NCBI GenBank assembly: GCA_019119845.1 | Contig: DWWF01000002.1 | Location: forward strand, 13,374-77,373 | Origin: Candidatus Alistipes merdavium | Lineage (GTDB): Bacteria > Bacteroidota > Bacteroidia > Bacteroidales > Rikenellaceae | Length of the DNA stretch: 64,000 bases | Direction: 5' to 3' | Part shown: one piece after another, positions 6,871-16,334 of the stretch | Numbering within the stretch: position 1 is the stretch's first letter | Layout of the letters: each line of letters opens with the position of its first letter | Made by a program: the position numbers and the translations under genes | The notes under the pieces: generated by a model | Seen by the model: the letters and a program-made list of their open reading frames with translations, nothing else | Told to the model about the DNA's origin: nothing | The model's database searches: none

Positions 6871-9573
6871 CTACTGCTGCGCGCCGGATTCCGCCTCCAG
6901 CGTGAGTTTCTGAATCTGCTTCTCGGCCTCCTCCAGAAGTGCCTTGGACTGCTTTTTCGCCTCATCCACCAGGGCGTCGCCGGCCGCTTCGGCCGCGATC
7001 TTCGCCAGCGCCCCCTTCTTGGCCGCGGCATCGACGAGCTTCTGCCGCTGCGTCTCGGCCGCCTCGACGAGCTTTTCGCCCGCCCGCTGCGCCTCCTCGC
7101 GCAGGGCGGCTGCCCGCGTCTGCGTATCGTCCGAGAGCAGGCCGCCGCGGCCGCCCGTCAGGTTGTCTATCTGTTCCGAGACAACATTCGAGACCACCTG
7201 CTCGACCGTCTCCTGCACGCCCAGCGTGATCTTCGGCGAGGTGAACGTGCCGCCGATACCGACGTTGACCGCACCCAGCACGCCGCCCACACCGGCCGGA
7301 AGAGTCACCTTCGCCGTGTAGTCGATCGTCCGGTCGAGCCCCGTGGTGCCCGACATGTTGACATTCACGTCACCCATCTTCAGGTCGAAAGGCTCCGTGG
7401 TAACGCGCCCGTCCTTGATCGAGAAGCGGATCTTCAGATCGCGCGCCTCGATGCGGCGCAGCTTGTCGTTCTTCAGCAGGTCGGCCAGCTTGTCGAAGGC
7501 CTCGACCCCCTCCACGCTGACATTCTCGGAGCTGAGCTCGCCCTGCGCCGTCAGCGACATGAGGTCGGGCGACATCGCGGCATCGAGCGTCGTCCGCATG
7601 TCGATCGAGAGCGAATAGTCGCCGCTCGCCTTCTCGAAGATCGGCGCCAGCTGACGCACCGCCTCGATCTCCTCAAAGGTCCGGGGGAAGGAGGCCTTCG
7701 CGATCGAGGCCGCAAGCGAGAGGGTCGGATGCGCGGGATCGGCCGCCGTGGAGTAGCGTCCCGAGGCCGATGCCTTGCCGCCGAAGAGCTGCAACCCCAG
7801 CCGGTCGAGCGACAGCGTGCCGCCGGCTACGGACATCTCGCCCGCAATATCCGTAATGACCATCTTCTCGAAGAGCACCTTCTTCAGCTCGGCATTGAGC
7901 GAGAGATTCAGATTCTTCGGCACAACGATGGCCTGCGCGGGCGCCGCGGCGGCCTCTTCGGCCGGCTTCTCCGCTTCGGCGGACTCCGCTTCGGCGTCGG
8001 CGGGAACGGCCGCCCGGATTTCGTTCAGATCGAGCAGGTCGGACTTCACGTAGAGGCGGCCCGCAAGCTGCTCGCCGCGCATCAGGTACCCCAGGTAGCC
8101 CGTCAGCTGTCCGGTGGCCGACAGATCGCTGCCGCCCACCGTGACGCCGAACTCGCCCAGAGTCATGGCCTGCGGCGAGATCGTGGCGGCAGCCCGCCGG
8201 ATGAAGACCTCGGGCAGCTGCTGCACGTGCAGTCCGAGCTGCTCGACGACGAGCGATCCCGACGCCGAGATGCGCTCGTAGCGTCCGCTTTCGACGTCGG
8301 ACATGCGTCCCGAGAGTTTCATCGACGCTGCGATGCGGCCCGCCAGGTCGATCCCCTTCTCCAGCGGATAGACCTCGCGGATGGCCCCCAGATCGACCCG
8401 TCCGGAGAGCGTCGCCCGGAACGTGGGATCGCTCATGAGGTTCGTGGCGTAGCCCGTGGCCGAGAGGGAGTTGCCGGCCATCTTCAGACCGAATTCCGAG
8501 ATCTCAACCTCGGTCTTGTCCAGTTCGCCGCCCGCATTGGAGACCTTGGCCGCGATGTTGATGTCCGTCACGGCCTTCGGCAGCGAGGAGTACTGGAAGC
8601 TGCCGTTGTGCACCTCGGTCTTCAGCTCGAAGGCCGGGAGCTGCGCCCCGTGCATCTGGCCGCGCGCCCAGAGCTCCATCGAAAGCTCGCCCGACGCCGC
8701 CAGACTGCGGAATTCATGCTTGTAGAAGGCCGGGATGAGCGAGAGCAGGTCCTTGAAGCGAACCTCGCTGCATCCGGCACTGACGTCCATCGCCAGCGCA
8801 TCGCCGACCTGCTGCACCCAGCCGTCGAGACGCATCTCGATGGCATTCAGCCGCAGCGTGTTGCGCGAGAAGGTGAAGCGCCCCTCGGCCAGATCGGCAT
8901 CGATCTCGGCATCGAGGGCCAGCTCGGCGTCGTGCAGCAGCGGCACCCCGCCCTGCGTGAAGTCAACGCCCCCGGCCAGCAGGTCGAGATCGAGCTGTGT
9001 GCTTTCGGCCGACATGTCGCCCGAAAGACGCAGCGAGAGGGGTGCCGTCCGCAGCTCCATGCCCGTCGAGTCGTCCTCGTAGCGGATGACGGCATCCGTC
9101 AGGCGGAAGTCACGCACCGAAAGGCGGAACGACGACGGGGCGGACTCCTCCGCAGCGGTCGTGTCGGCCGGCTCCGAAGGCTTCATCACATCCCAGTTGA
9201 CCGCACCGTCGGCCAGCTTGTGCGCATGCAGGGCGGGCGAGGCGAGGATGATCTTGCGCACCTCGAAGCCCTCGTCGCCCACGAGCGACATGAGGTTCAC
9301 GACAACCGTAATGCGCCGGGCCGCAACGATCGTGTCGCCCTCGAAACGGTCCGTCCCGACGAGCGTCAGCCCCTTGAGGTTCAGCGACGCATTGGGAAAG
9401 TTGCGCAGCAGGCTGATGTCCAGCTTCTCGAAGTCGAGCCGTGCCGCCAGCATCGCATTGGCCTCACGCTTGACGATGTCGCCGATCTTGCCGCGCAGCA
9501 GCAGCGGCGTGACGATCGCCACCACCAGCACCACGGCCACCACCGTTGCCGTAATTTTCAGAAATCTCTTCAT
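6871..9573 (-). CDS. AsmA-family outer-membrane assembly/lipid-bridge protein
   Basis: N-terminal anchor helix, 900 aa beta-rich body, AsmA-like C-terminus (FSIKDGRVTTEPFDLK...GTTGLD). Confidence 0.85.
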   Translation of the reverse strand: MKRFLKITATVVAVVLVVAIVTPLLLRGKIGDIVKREANAMLAARLDFEKLDISLLRNFPNASLNLKGLTLVGTDRFEGDTIVAARRITVVVNLMSLVGDEGFEVRKIILASPALHAHKLADGAVNWDVMKPSEPADTTAAEESAPSSFRLSVRDFRLTDAVIRYEDDSTGMELRTAPLSLRLSGDMSAESTQLDLDLLAGGVDFTQGGVPLLHDAELALDAEIDADLAEGRFTFSRNTLRLNAIEMRLDGWVQQVGDALAMDVSAGCSEVRFKDLLSLIPAFYKHEFRSLAASGELSMELWARGQMHGAQLPAFELKTEVHNGSFQYSSLPKAVTDINIAAKVSNAGGELDKTEVEISEFGLKMAGNSLSATGYATNLMSDPTFRATLSGRVDLGAIREVYPLEKGIDLAGRIAASMKLSGRMSDVESGRYERISASGSLVVEQLGLHVQQLPEVFIRRAAATISPQAMTLGEFGVTVGGSDLSATGQLTGYLGYLMRGEQLAGRLYVKSDLLDLNEIRAAVPADAEAESAEAEKPAEEAAAAPAQAIVVPKNLNLSLNAELKKVLFEKMVITDIAGEMSVAGGTLSLDRLGLQLFGGKASASGRYSTAADPAHPTLSLAASIAKASFPRTFEEIEAVRQLAPIFEKASGDYSLSIDMRTTLDAAMSPDLMSLTAQGELSSENVSVEGVEAFDKLADLLKNDKLRRIEARDLKIRFSIKDGRVTTEPFDLKMGDVNVNMSGTTGLDRTIDYTAKVTLPAGVGGVLGAVNVGIGGTFTSPKITLGVQETVEQVVSNVVSEQIDNLTGGRGGLLSDDTQTRAAALREEAQRAGEKLVEAAETQRQKLVDAAAKKGALAKIAAEAAGDALVDEAKKQSKALLEEAEKQIQKLTLEAESGAQQ

Positions 9574-10010
9574 ATTTTCTCTCTTTTAAGGGTGAAGACC
9601 GAGGTCTCCGCCTCCACGAATCCCACTTTCCGATACAGGCTCCGGGCCGCCGTGCGGGCCGCCGACGAGGTGAGCATCACGCAGTCGGCCTCTTCCCGGC
9701 GCGCCCGTTCGAGCGCCGCACGCACCAGCGCCTCGCCCGCGCCGCTTCCGCGCGCCGCGGCATCGACGACCACATCCTCGATCCACGCCTTGCGGCCCGA
9801 GGGGGCGTCGTACCACGCCAGGGTCAGCATTCCGACGATGCGGCCGTCCTGCCGCGCAACGAGCAGCGCCGCCGCGGGCGACGCGCAGAGCCGCCGCAGC
9901 AGCCCGGCGGAGGGTGCGCACCGGTGCGCGGAGAGCTGCGGCATGAGCCGCGCGACCGCCTCGCACAGCGAGGGCGTGATCGCGATCTGTTCTTCCACGG
10001 TCGTTTCCAT
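9570..10010 (-). CDS. GNAT family N-acetyltransferase
   Basis: METTVEEQ...IEDVVVDAAARGSGAG acetyl-CoA motif; ATGA overlap with the asmA-like start; -7 box at 10037-10044. Confidence 0.85.
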   Translation of the reverse strand: METTVEEQIAITPSLCEAVARLMPQLSAHRCAPSAGLLRRLCASPAAALLVARQDGRIVGMLTLAWYDAPSGRKAWIEDVVVDAAARGSGAGEALVRAALERARREEADCVMLTSSAARTAARSLYRKVGFVEAETSVFTLKREKI

Positions 10011-10109
10011 CGCTTTCAGGTGCCTGCAATACATCGCAAAGATAATCTTTTTGGCGGAATTGCATGCACGAACGCGGCAATCTCGCAAAAAAAGGTTAAT
10101 TTTGCCCCG

Positions 10110-10282
10110 CGCAAGGTTCCGCAACGACGGCTTCCGACCGTCGGGATCAAAAGGGAATGCCGTGCGAATCGGCAACAGTTCCCGCTGCTGTGAGTTACAC
10201 CCTGCGTTCCGGCATCTCGGCCACTGTCCCCGCACGGGAACGGGAAGGCGCCGGAACGGTAACGAGTCAGAAGACCTGCCTA
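10110..10282 (+). ncRNA. Cobalamin riboswitch
   Basis: AGGTTCC...AAAAGGGAAtgccGTGcgAATC...CCCGCtgCTGTGA...GCCACTG...GGGAAGGC...AGTCAGAAGACCTGCC; TAATTTTG promoter at 10097-10104; upstream of B12-uptake genes. Confidence 0.93.
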
Positions 10283-10400
10283 CGGCGCCACGAAACGCAA
10301 CGCAACCCTGCGGAGAATGGGGTGACGCGCCCGCCGACGAGAACCGGCTCCGGTCACGTGCTCCCCGCTCCCCGCACCGAAACTGCCGAAACAACCCGCG

Positions 10401-11435
10401 ATGAGACGCTGGAGAGATATTGCCGCCTGCTGTGCGGCCGCGGCACTGACCGCGGCCTGCATGGACTACGGACCGCTCGACGAGGAGGCCTTCGCCACCT
10501 CGGGCCGCGGCGTCTTCATCACCTGCGAGGGCAACTTCACCTGGGACAACGCCTCGCTCTCGTACTACGACCCTGCGACGCGGCAGCTCGAAAACGAGGT
10601 CTTCATCCGCGCCAACGGCATGAAGCTCGGCGACGTGGCCCAGTCGATGAGCCTGCACGACGGCCGCGCCTACGTCGTGGTCAACAACTCGGGCGCGGTC
10701 TACGAGATCGACCCGGCGACGTTCCGCCTGAAGGGGATCATCGAGGGGGTCGTCTCGCCCCGCTACCTGCTCTTCCCGAACGACACGACGCTCTACGTCA
10801 CGGACCTCTACGATCCGCGCATCACCGTCGTCGACTCCCGCACGAACCGCATCCGGGGCCACATTCAGACCAACGGCCACAAGTCGACCGAGCAGATGGT
10901 GCAGTGGGGCGACGAGGTCTTCGTCAACTGCTGGTCCTACGACAACAAGCTGCTGGTCATCGACACCCGCACCGAACGGCTCGTCGACTCGATCAGCGTG
11001 GGACGCCAGCCCTCGTCGCTGGTCATCGACCGCAGCGGCCGGCTCTGGACCCTGACCGACGGGCTGAACGAGCCGGCGATCCTCTACCGCATCGACGCCG
11101 CGACGCGGCGCATCGAGCGGACGTTCGACTTCCCGGCGGGCGACCACCCGGCGCGCCTGGCCCTCAACGGGCGGCGCGACACGCTCTACTTCATCAACGG
11201 CGGCGTATGGCGCATGCGCATCGACGCCGAGCGGCTGCCCGACGCCCCGTTCCTGCCCTACGCCGGGACGATCTACTACGGGCTGGGGATCGACCCCGCG
11301 ACGTCGGAGGTCTACGTCGCCGACGCCATCGACTACGTGCAGCACGGCGTCGTCTACCGTTTCACGCCGCAGGGCCGGGCCCTCGACACGCTGCGCGTGG
11401 GCATCGTACCCGGATCGTTCTGCTTCAAACCGTAA
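10401..11435 (+). CDS. btuG: YncE-like beta-propeller lipoprotein, BtuG-like B12-binding protein
   Basis: Lipobox (LTAAC), EGNF..NASLSYYD start and propeller repeats; first gene under a B12 riboswitch. Confidence 0.8.
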   Translation: MRRWRDIAACCAAAALTAACMDYGPLDEEAFATSGRGVFITCEGNFTWDNASLSYYDPATRQLENEVFIRANGMKLGDVAQSMSLHDGRAYVVVNNSGAVYEIDPATFRLKGIIEGVVSPRYLLFPNDTTLYVTDLYDPRITVVDSRTNRIRGHIQTNGHKSTEQMVQWGDEVFVNCWSYDNKLLVIDTRTERLVDSISVGRQPSSLVIDRSGRLWTLTDGLNEPAILYRIDAATRRIERTFDFPAGDHPARLALNGRRDTLYFINGGVWRMRIDAERLPDAPFLPYAGTIYYGLGIDPATSEVYVADAIDYVQHGVVYRFTPQGRALDTLRVGIVPGSFCFKP

Positions 11436-11449
11436 AATACCGTCAAGCC

Positions 11450-12328
11450 ATGAAAAGATATGCACTGCTGATCCTCGCCGCGGCGACGGCCGCCTGCAAT
11501 TCGAGCGAGGAGTTCGTCTCCGCCCGCGTCTCGCAGCCCGCGGACCGCATCGTCGAATACACCCCCGCGCCGGGGCAGTTCATCAACGAACCCCAGAGCG
11601 GATTCACGGACGTGACGACCCCCGAAGCGGCGTGCGCCTATGCCGAGCAGCGGATCGCCCAGGGGGCCTACGTCTCGCTGGGCGGCTGGGGCGGCACGCT
11701 CGTGGCCCGCTTCGACGAGCCTGTCCCGGCGGGCAATGACTACGAGCTGTGGGTCCGCGGCAACACCTTCGACGGGTCGTCCGAGCCGGGCATCGTCTAC
11801 GTCATGCAGGACACGAACGGCGACGGGCTGCCGAACGACACGTGGTACGAGCTCAAGGGGAGCGAATACGACCGTTCGGACACCGGCTACGAGATCACCT
11901 ACCTGCGTCCGGAGCAGCCCGGCACCGACATTGCCTGGCGCGACAACCGCGGCGGCGAAGGGGTTGTCGCCCGCAACGGGCACCACACGCAGGAGAGCTA
12001 CTTCCCGGCCTGGGTCGAGGGCGACGCCCTGACCATCCGCGGCACGCTGCTCCCGAGCAACATCACGGAGACCGACGACGGGCTCTACGTCATGGTGGCC
12101 TTCGGCTGGGGATATGTCGACAACGCGTCGACGCGCGACCTCATGAGCGGCATCAACTGCCTGCGCATCGCCAACGCCGTGACAGCGGACGGGGCACCGG
12201 CCAACCTCACGCAGGTGGACTTCATCAAGGTGCAGACAGGCGTGAACGACGCCCGGCCGCTCATCGGCGAGATCTCGACCGAGGTGTGCGGCATTGGCTG
12301 CTTCCGCACCGTCACCCGCAAAGAGTAA
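11450..12328 (+). CDS. Surface lipoprotein, probable BtuH-type B12-binding domain
   Basis: Lipobox AAC; EYTPAPGQFIN, SLGGWGG, GNTF..SSEPGIV.VMQD.NGDGLPND.WYELKGS and IDF/VDFIKVQTG motifs typical of Bacteroidota btu-locus cell-surface proteins. Confidence 0.7.
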   Translation: MKRYALLILAAATAACNSSEEFVSARVSQPADRIVEYTPAPGQFINEPQSGFTDVTTPEAACAYAEQRIAQGAYVSLGGWGGTLVARFDEPVPAGNDYELWVRGNTFDGSSEPGIVYVMQDTNGDGLPNDTWYELKGSEYDRSDTGYEITYLRPEQPGTDIAWRDNRGGEGVVARNGHHTQESYFPAWVEGDALTIRGTLLPSNITETDDGLYVMVAFGWGYVDNASTRDLMSGINCLRIANAVTADGAPANLTQVDFIKVQTGVNDARPLIGEISTEVCGIGCFRTVTRKE

Positions 12329-12336
12329 CCGCAGCG

Positions 12337-14394
12337 GTGTTCCGGAACGTCATCCTCCTCGTGCTCTCGGCTCTCTGCACGGCGACCGCCGCCGCGCAGG
12401 GCGACGCGACGGCGCGCAGCATCGACATCGAGCAGGTGGAGATCGCCGCGAGCCGTCCGATGAAGCAGATCGGCGTGCAGCGCACGCTGATCGACAGCAC
12501 CGTCCTGCGCGAGAACATCACCTCGTCGCTGGCCGACGCCCTGACCACCGGAACGACCATCTTCATCAAGTCCTACGGCCGCGCGACGCTCGCGACGGCC
12601 TCGTTCCGCGGCACGGCGCCCTCGCACACGCAGGTGACGTGGAACGGCATGAAGATCAACTCGCCGATGCTCGGGCAGGTGGACTTCTCGCTCATCCCCT
12701 CCTACTTCATCGACGACGCGGCGGTCTTCCACGGCGCCAGTTCGGTGGGCATCACGGGCGGCGGACTGGGCGGCGCCGTGACGCTGAAGACCTCGCCGCC
12801 CGCGGAGGAGGGGCTCTCGCTGCGCTACGTGCAGGGCGTGGGGTCGTTCTCGACCTTCGACGAGTTCGCCCGCCTGACCTGGCGCGGGAAGCGCTGGAGC
12901 AGCTCCACGCGCGTGCTGTGCAGCACCTCGGAGAACGACTTCCGCTACCACAACTACAACACCAAGCAGTTCGTCACGGACGAGAACGGCAACATCGTCG
13001 ACAGCTACTACCCGCTGCAGCGCAACCGCGGCGGAGGCTTCCGCGACCTGCACGTGATGCAGGAGCTCTACTACACGACGCGCGGCGGCGACCGGCTCTC
13101 GCTGGCGGCCTGGTACCTCGACTCGCATCGCGGGCTGGCGATGACCAGCGCCGAGCGCAACACCGACAAGCAGAAGCGCAACACGCAGGACGAGCGCACG
13201 CTGCGTGCCGTGGCGGCGTGGCAACGGCTGCGCGGCGGGCTGAAGACGGAGGTGCGCGGCGGCTACACCCACACCGAGATGCGCTACCTGATGCGCGTCG
13301 ACGTCGAGGGGCAGGGCAACTTCTTCTCGGCGACCGATGCGCAGAGCCGCATCCGCACGCTCTTTGCCGAGGCCGAGGCCGAATACGCCCTCGGCGAGCG
13401 GTGGCTCTTCACGGGCAGCCTCTCCATGCATCAGCACGACACGCGCACGGGCGACCTCTCGCTCATCGACTACGTCACGGGCCAGCACGCCGATACGCTC
13501 TACCGCAAGCAGCGCTTCGAGGCCTCGGCCTTCGCCGCCGTGAAGTGGCGGCCCCACCCGCGGCTGGGCCTGGCGGCCGACCTGCGCTGGGAGCTCTACG
13601 GCGACCGCACGACGCCCCTCATTCCGGCGCTCTTCGCCGACTATCTGCTCTCGCGGCGCGGCAACGTCGTCGTGAAGGCCTCGACGGCGCGCAACTACCG
13701 CTTCCCGACCCTGAACGACCTCTATTTCCGCCCGGGCGGCAACCCCGACCTCAAACCCGAACACGGCTGGACGTGGGATGCCGGCGTCGAGACGGCACTC
13801 GAACGCGGAGCGCACAGCCTGAAGGCTTCCGTCACGGCCTTCGACTCCTATATCGACGACTGGATTCTCTGGATCGCCACCGCCAAGCAGGGCATCTACA
13901 CGCCGGTCAACGTGCGGCGCGTACACAGCTACGGCATCGAGACGAAACTCACGGCCCGCACGGCGTGGGGCAACGGCTGGCAGGCCCTCTTCGACGGCAA
14001 CTTCGCCTGGACGCGCTCGATCAACCGCGGCGACAAGTTCAGCGACGCGGACCGCTCGGTGGGCAAGCAGCTGGTCTACATCCCGGTCTACTCGGCAGCC
14101 TTCACCGCGCGGCTGCTGTGGCGGCGGTGGGAGCTCGACTACAAGTGGTGCTGGTACAGCGAGCGCTACACGATGACGGACAACGACCCCGGCGTGCTGG
14201 GGCGCGTGAAGCCCTATTTCATGAGCGACCTGTCGCTCGCCCGCAGCTTCGAGTGCGCGTGGGCGTCGTTCTCGCTCAAGGGCTGCATCCACAACCTGCT
14301 GAACGAGGAGTACGAAACGGTCCTCTCGCGACCGATGCCGCGGCTCAACGTCTCGTTCTTCCTGGGCATCACCCCCAAATTCCGCAAACGATGA
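12337..14394 (+). CDS. btuB: TonB-dependent cobalamin receptor
   Basis: Probable GTG start at 12337; plug domain (SYGRATLATASFRGTAPSHTQVTWNG), barrel NPDLKPE motif, C-terminal NLLNEEY...PMPR; riboswitch context. Confidence 0.88.
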   Translation: MFRNVILLVLSALCTATAAAQGDATARSIDIEQVEIAASRPMKQIGVQRTLIDSTVLRENITSSLADALTTGTTIFIKSYGRATLATASFRGTAPSHTQVTWNGMKINSPMLGQVDFSLIPSYFIDDAAVFHGASSVGITGGGLGGAVTLKTSPPAEEGLSLRYVQGVGSFSTFDEFARLTWRGKRWSSSTRVLCSTSENDFRYHNYNTKQFVTDENGNIVDSYYPLQRNRGGGFRDLHVMQELYYTTRGGDRLSLAAWYLDSHRGLAMTSAERNTDKQKRNTQDERTLRAVAAWQRLRGGLKTEVRGGYTHTEMRYLMRVDVEGQGNFFSATDAQSRIRTLFAEAEAEYALGERWLFTGSLSMHQHDTRTGDLSLIDYVTGQHADTLYRKQRFEASAFAAVKWRPHPRLGLAADLRWELYGDRTTPLIPALFADYLLSRRGNVVVKASTARNYRFPTLNDLYFRPGGNPDLKPEHGWTWDAGVETALERGAHSLKASVTAFDSYIDDWILWIATAKQGIYTPVNVRRVHSYGIETKLTARTAWGNGWQALFDGNFAWTRSINRGDKFSDADRSVGKQLVYIPVYSAAFTARLLWRRWELDYKWCWYSERYTMTDNDPGVLGRVKPYFMSDLSLARSFECAWASFSLKGCIHNLLNEEYETVLSRPMPRLNVSFFLGITPKFRKR

Positions 14395-15104
14395 ACACGC
14401 TCCGTGAACGGCTCGTCGCCATGAGCGACCCCGCCTACCGACAGTTCAACGCCTCGCTGCTGCCGGGCGTCACCGACCTGCTGGGCATCCGCCTGCCCAA
14501 ACTGCGCGCGCTGGCCCACGAGATCGCCCGCGGCGAGGCGTGGCGCGACCTGCTCCGCGACGGCGACATCCGCTACTTCGAGGAGCGCATGCTCCGCGGG
14601 CTGGTCATCGGCTACGTCCGCTGCCCGCTGGAGGAGCGGCTCGCGCTGGTGCGGGAGTTCGTTCCGACGATCGACAACTGGGCCGTCTGCGACACCTTCT
14701 GCCGGCGGCTGCGAAGCGACGAACGCGAGCCGGTGTGGCGCATGATCCAGCCGCTGTTCGAGTCGCCGCGGGAGTTCGAGGCCCGCTTCGCCGCGGTGAC
14801 GGCCCTCGGGAACTTCGTCGACGCGGAGCACCTCGACCGCCTCTTCGAGCGGCTCGAGGCCATGCGCTGCGAGGCCTACTACGCCCGCATGGGCGTGGCG
14901 TGGGCCGTGTCGGTCTGCTACGTGAAGTTCCCCGAGCGGACCGAAGCGTGGCTCGACCGGTGCCGCCTCGACGACTGGACCTTCAACCGTTCGCTGCAGA
15001 AGATCACCGAATCGTGGCGCGTGGACGATGCGGCCAAACGGCGCATCCGTGCCAGAAAACGTCCCGCAAAAAAGGGACTCCCGGAGGACAAATCGGCAAA
15101 ATAA
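14391..15104 (+). CDS. DNA alkylation repair protein (AlkD-like HEAT repeat)
   Basis: LGIRLPKLRALA, FEERML, IDNWAVCD, YYARMGVAWAVS motifs; ATGA overlap with btuB. Confidence 0.8.
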   Translation: MNTLRERLVAMSDPAYRQFNASLLPGVTDLLGIRLPKLRALAHEIARGEAWRDLLRDGDIRYFEERMLRGLVIGYVRCPLEERLALVREFVPTIDNWAVCDTFCRRLRSDEREPVWRMIQPLFESPREFEARFAAVTALGNFVDAEHLDRLFERLEAMRCEAYYARMGVAWAVSVCYVKFPERTEAWLDRCRLDDWTFNRSLQKITESWRVDDAAKRRIRARKRPAKKGLPEDKSAK

Positions 15105-15153
15105 TAGTATATTTGCATATATTTGCAACGACTGAAGACGAAACACCGACGCC

Positions 15154-15873
15154 ATGCGCAAACTGGTAATCATTCCGACCTACAACGAAAAGGAGAACAT
15201 CTCGGCGATGATCTCGAAAGTCTTTTCGCTGCCCGAACCCTTCGACATGCTCGTCATCGACGACGGATCGCCCGACGGCACGGCCGCCATCGTCCGCGAA
15301 CGGCAGCGGGAGTTTCCCGACCGCCTGCACCTGATCGAACGCAAGGGCAAGCTGGGCCTCGGCACGGCCTACCTGGCGGGCTTCCGCTGGGGACTGGAGC
15401 AGGGCTACGACTACCTCTGCGAGATGGACTGCGACTTCTCGCACAACCCCGACGACCTGGTGCGGCTCTACCACGCGGCGGCCGAGGGCTACGACGTGGT
15501 CGTGGGCTCGCGCTACGTGCAGGGCGTCAACGTCGTCAACTGGCCCATGGGGCGGCTGCTGATGTCCTATTTCGCCTCGATGTACGTGCGGCTGGTCACG
15601 CGCATGCCGCTGCGCGACGCCACGGCCGGCTTCGTCTGCTACTCGCGCCGGGCGCTCGAGACGATCGACCTGGACCGCATCCGCATGAAGGGCTACGGAT
15701 TCCAGATCGAGATGAAGTATACGGCCTGGAAGCTGGGCATGAAGCTGCGCGAGGTCTCGATCATCTTCACCGAGCGCCGCGAGGGGGCCTCGAAGATGTC
15801 GGGCGGCATCTTCGGCGAAGCCTTCTTCGGAGTCCTCGGCCTTCCGCTGCGCCGGATCCGCGGCCGCCGGTAA
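15154..15873 (+). CDS. Polyprenol monophosphomannose synthase (GT2, Dpm1/GtrB-like)
   Basis: IIPTYNEKENI, IDDGSPDGT, EMDCDFSH, GSRY, GYGFQIE motifs. Confidence 0.9.
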   Translation: MRKLVIIPTYNEKENISAMISKVFSLPEPFDMLVIDDGSPDGTAAIVRERQREFPDRLHLIERKGKLGLGTAYLAGFRWGLEQGYDYLCEMDCDFSHNPDDLVRLYHAAAEGYDVVVGSRYVQGVNVVNWPMGRLLMSYFASMYVRLVTRMPLRDATAGFVCYSRRALETIDLDRIRMKGYGFQIEMKYTAWKLGMKLREVSIIFTERREGASKMSGGIFGEAFFGVLGLPLRRIRGRR

Positions 15874-15892
15874 TCCGACACGCCGTCCCGGA

Positions 15893-15940
15893 AAAACAGA
15901 CGCGCGGGCAGGAGATCGCTCCTGCCCGCGCGTCTGTTTT
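15893..15940. terminator. Bidirectional terminator
   Basis: AAAACAGACGCGCGGGCAGGAG-atcg-CTCCTGCCCGCGCGTCTGTTTT, 22-bp stem between convergent genes. Confidence 0.85.
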
Positions 15941-15965
15941 GCAACCGTCCGCCGCCGGGGCGCTA

Positions 15966-16334
15966 TCAGAAGTTGAAGAAGTAGTTCATGAAGAAGTTCC
16001 AGAAGGTCACCACCCCGATGGCGAAGAGCTTGGCCAGATAGAAGTTGAGCCGGAAGCGGCCGTGCAGCACGTAGATCGTCAGGTTGTTGATCGCAAGGCC
16101 CACGGCCGAGATGCCCAGGAAGCGCATGTACTGGACGGCGACGTGCGGATCGGTGCTGCCGAAGGTCCACAGGCGGTTGAGCACGTAGTTCGACGTCGCG
16201 GCGCAGAGGAAGCCCAGCGAATTGGCCACATACTTGTTCAGGCGCAGCCACTCCTTGCAGAGGTACGTGATGCCGAAGTCGACGAAGACGCCCGACCCGC
16301 CCACGAGGCAGAATTTGAGGAACTGTTCGATCAT
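15966..16334 (-). CDS. GtrA-family flippase-like protein
   Basis: QFLKFCLVG...VDF, 4 TM helices, WNF C-terminus. Confidence 0.88.
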   Translation of the reverse strand: MIEQFLKFCLVGGSGVFVDFGITYLCKEWLRLNKYVANSLGFLCAATSNYVLNRLWTFGSTDPHVAVQYMRFLGISAVGLAINNLTIYVLHGRFRLNFYLAKLFAIGVVTFWNFFMNYFFNF

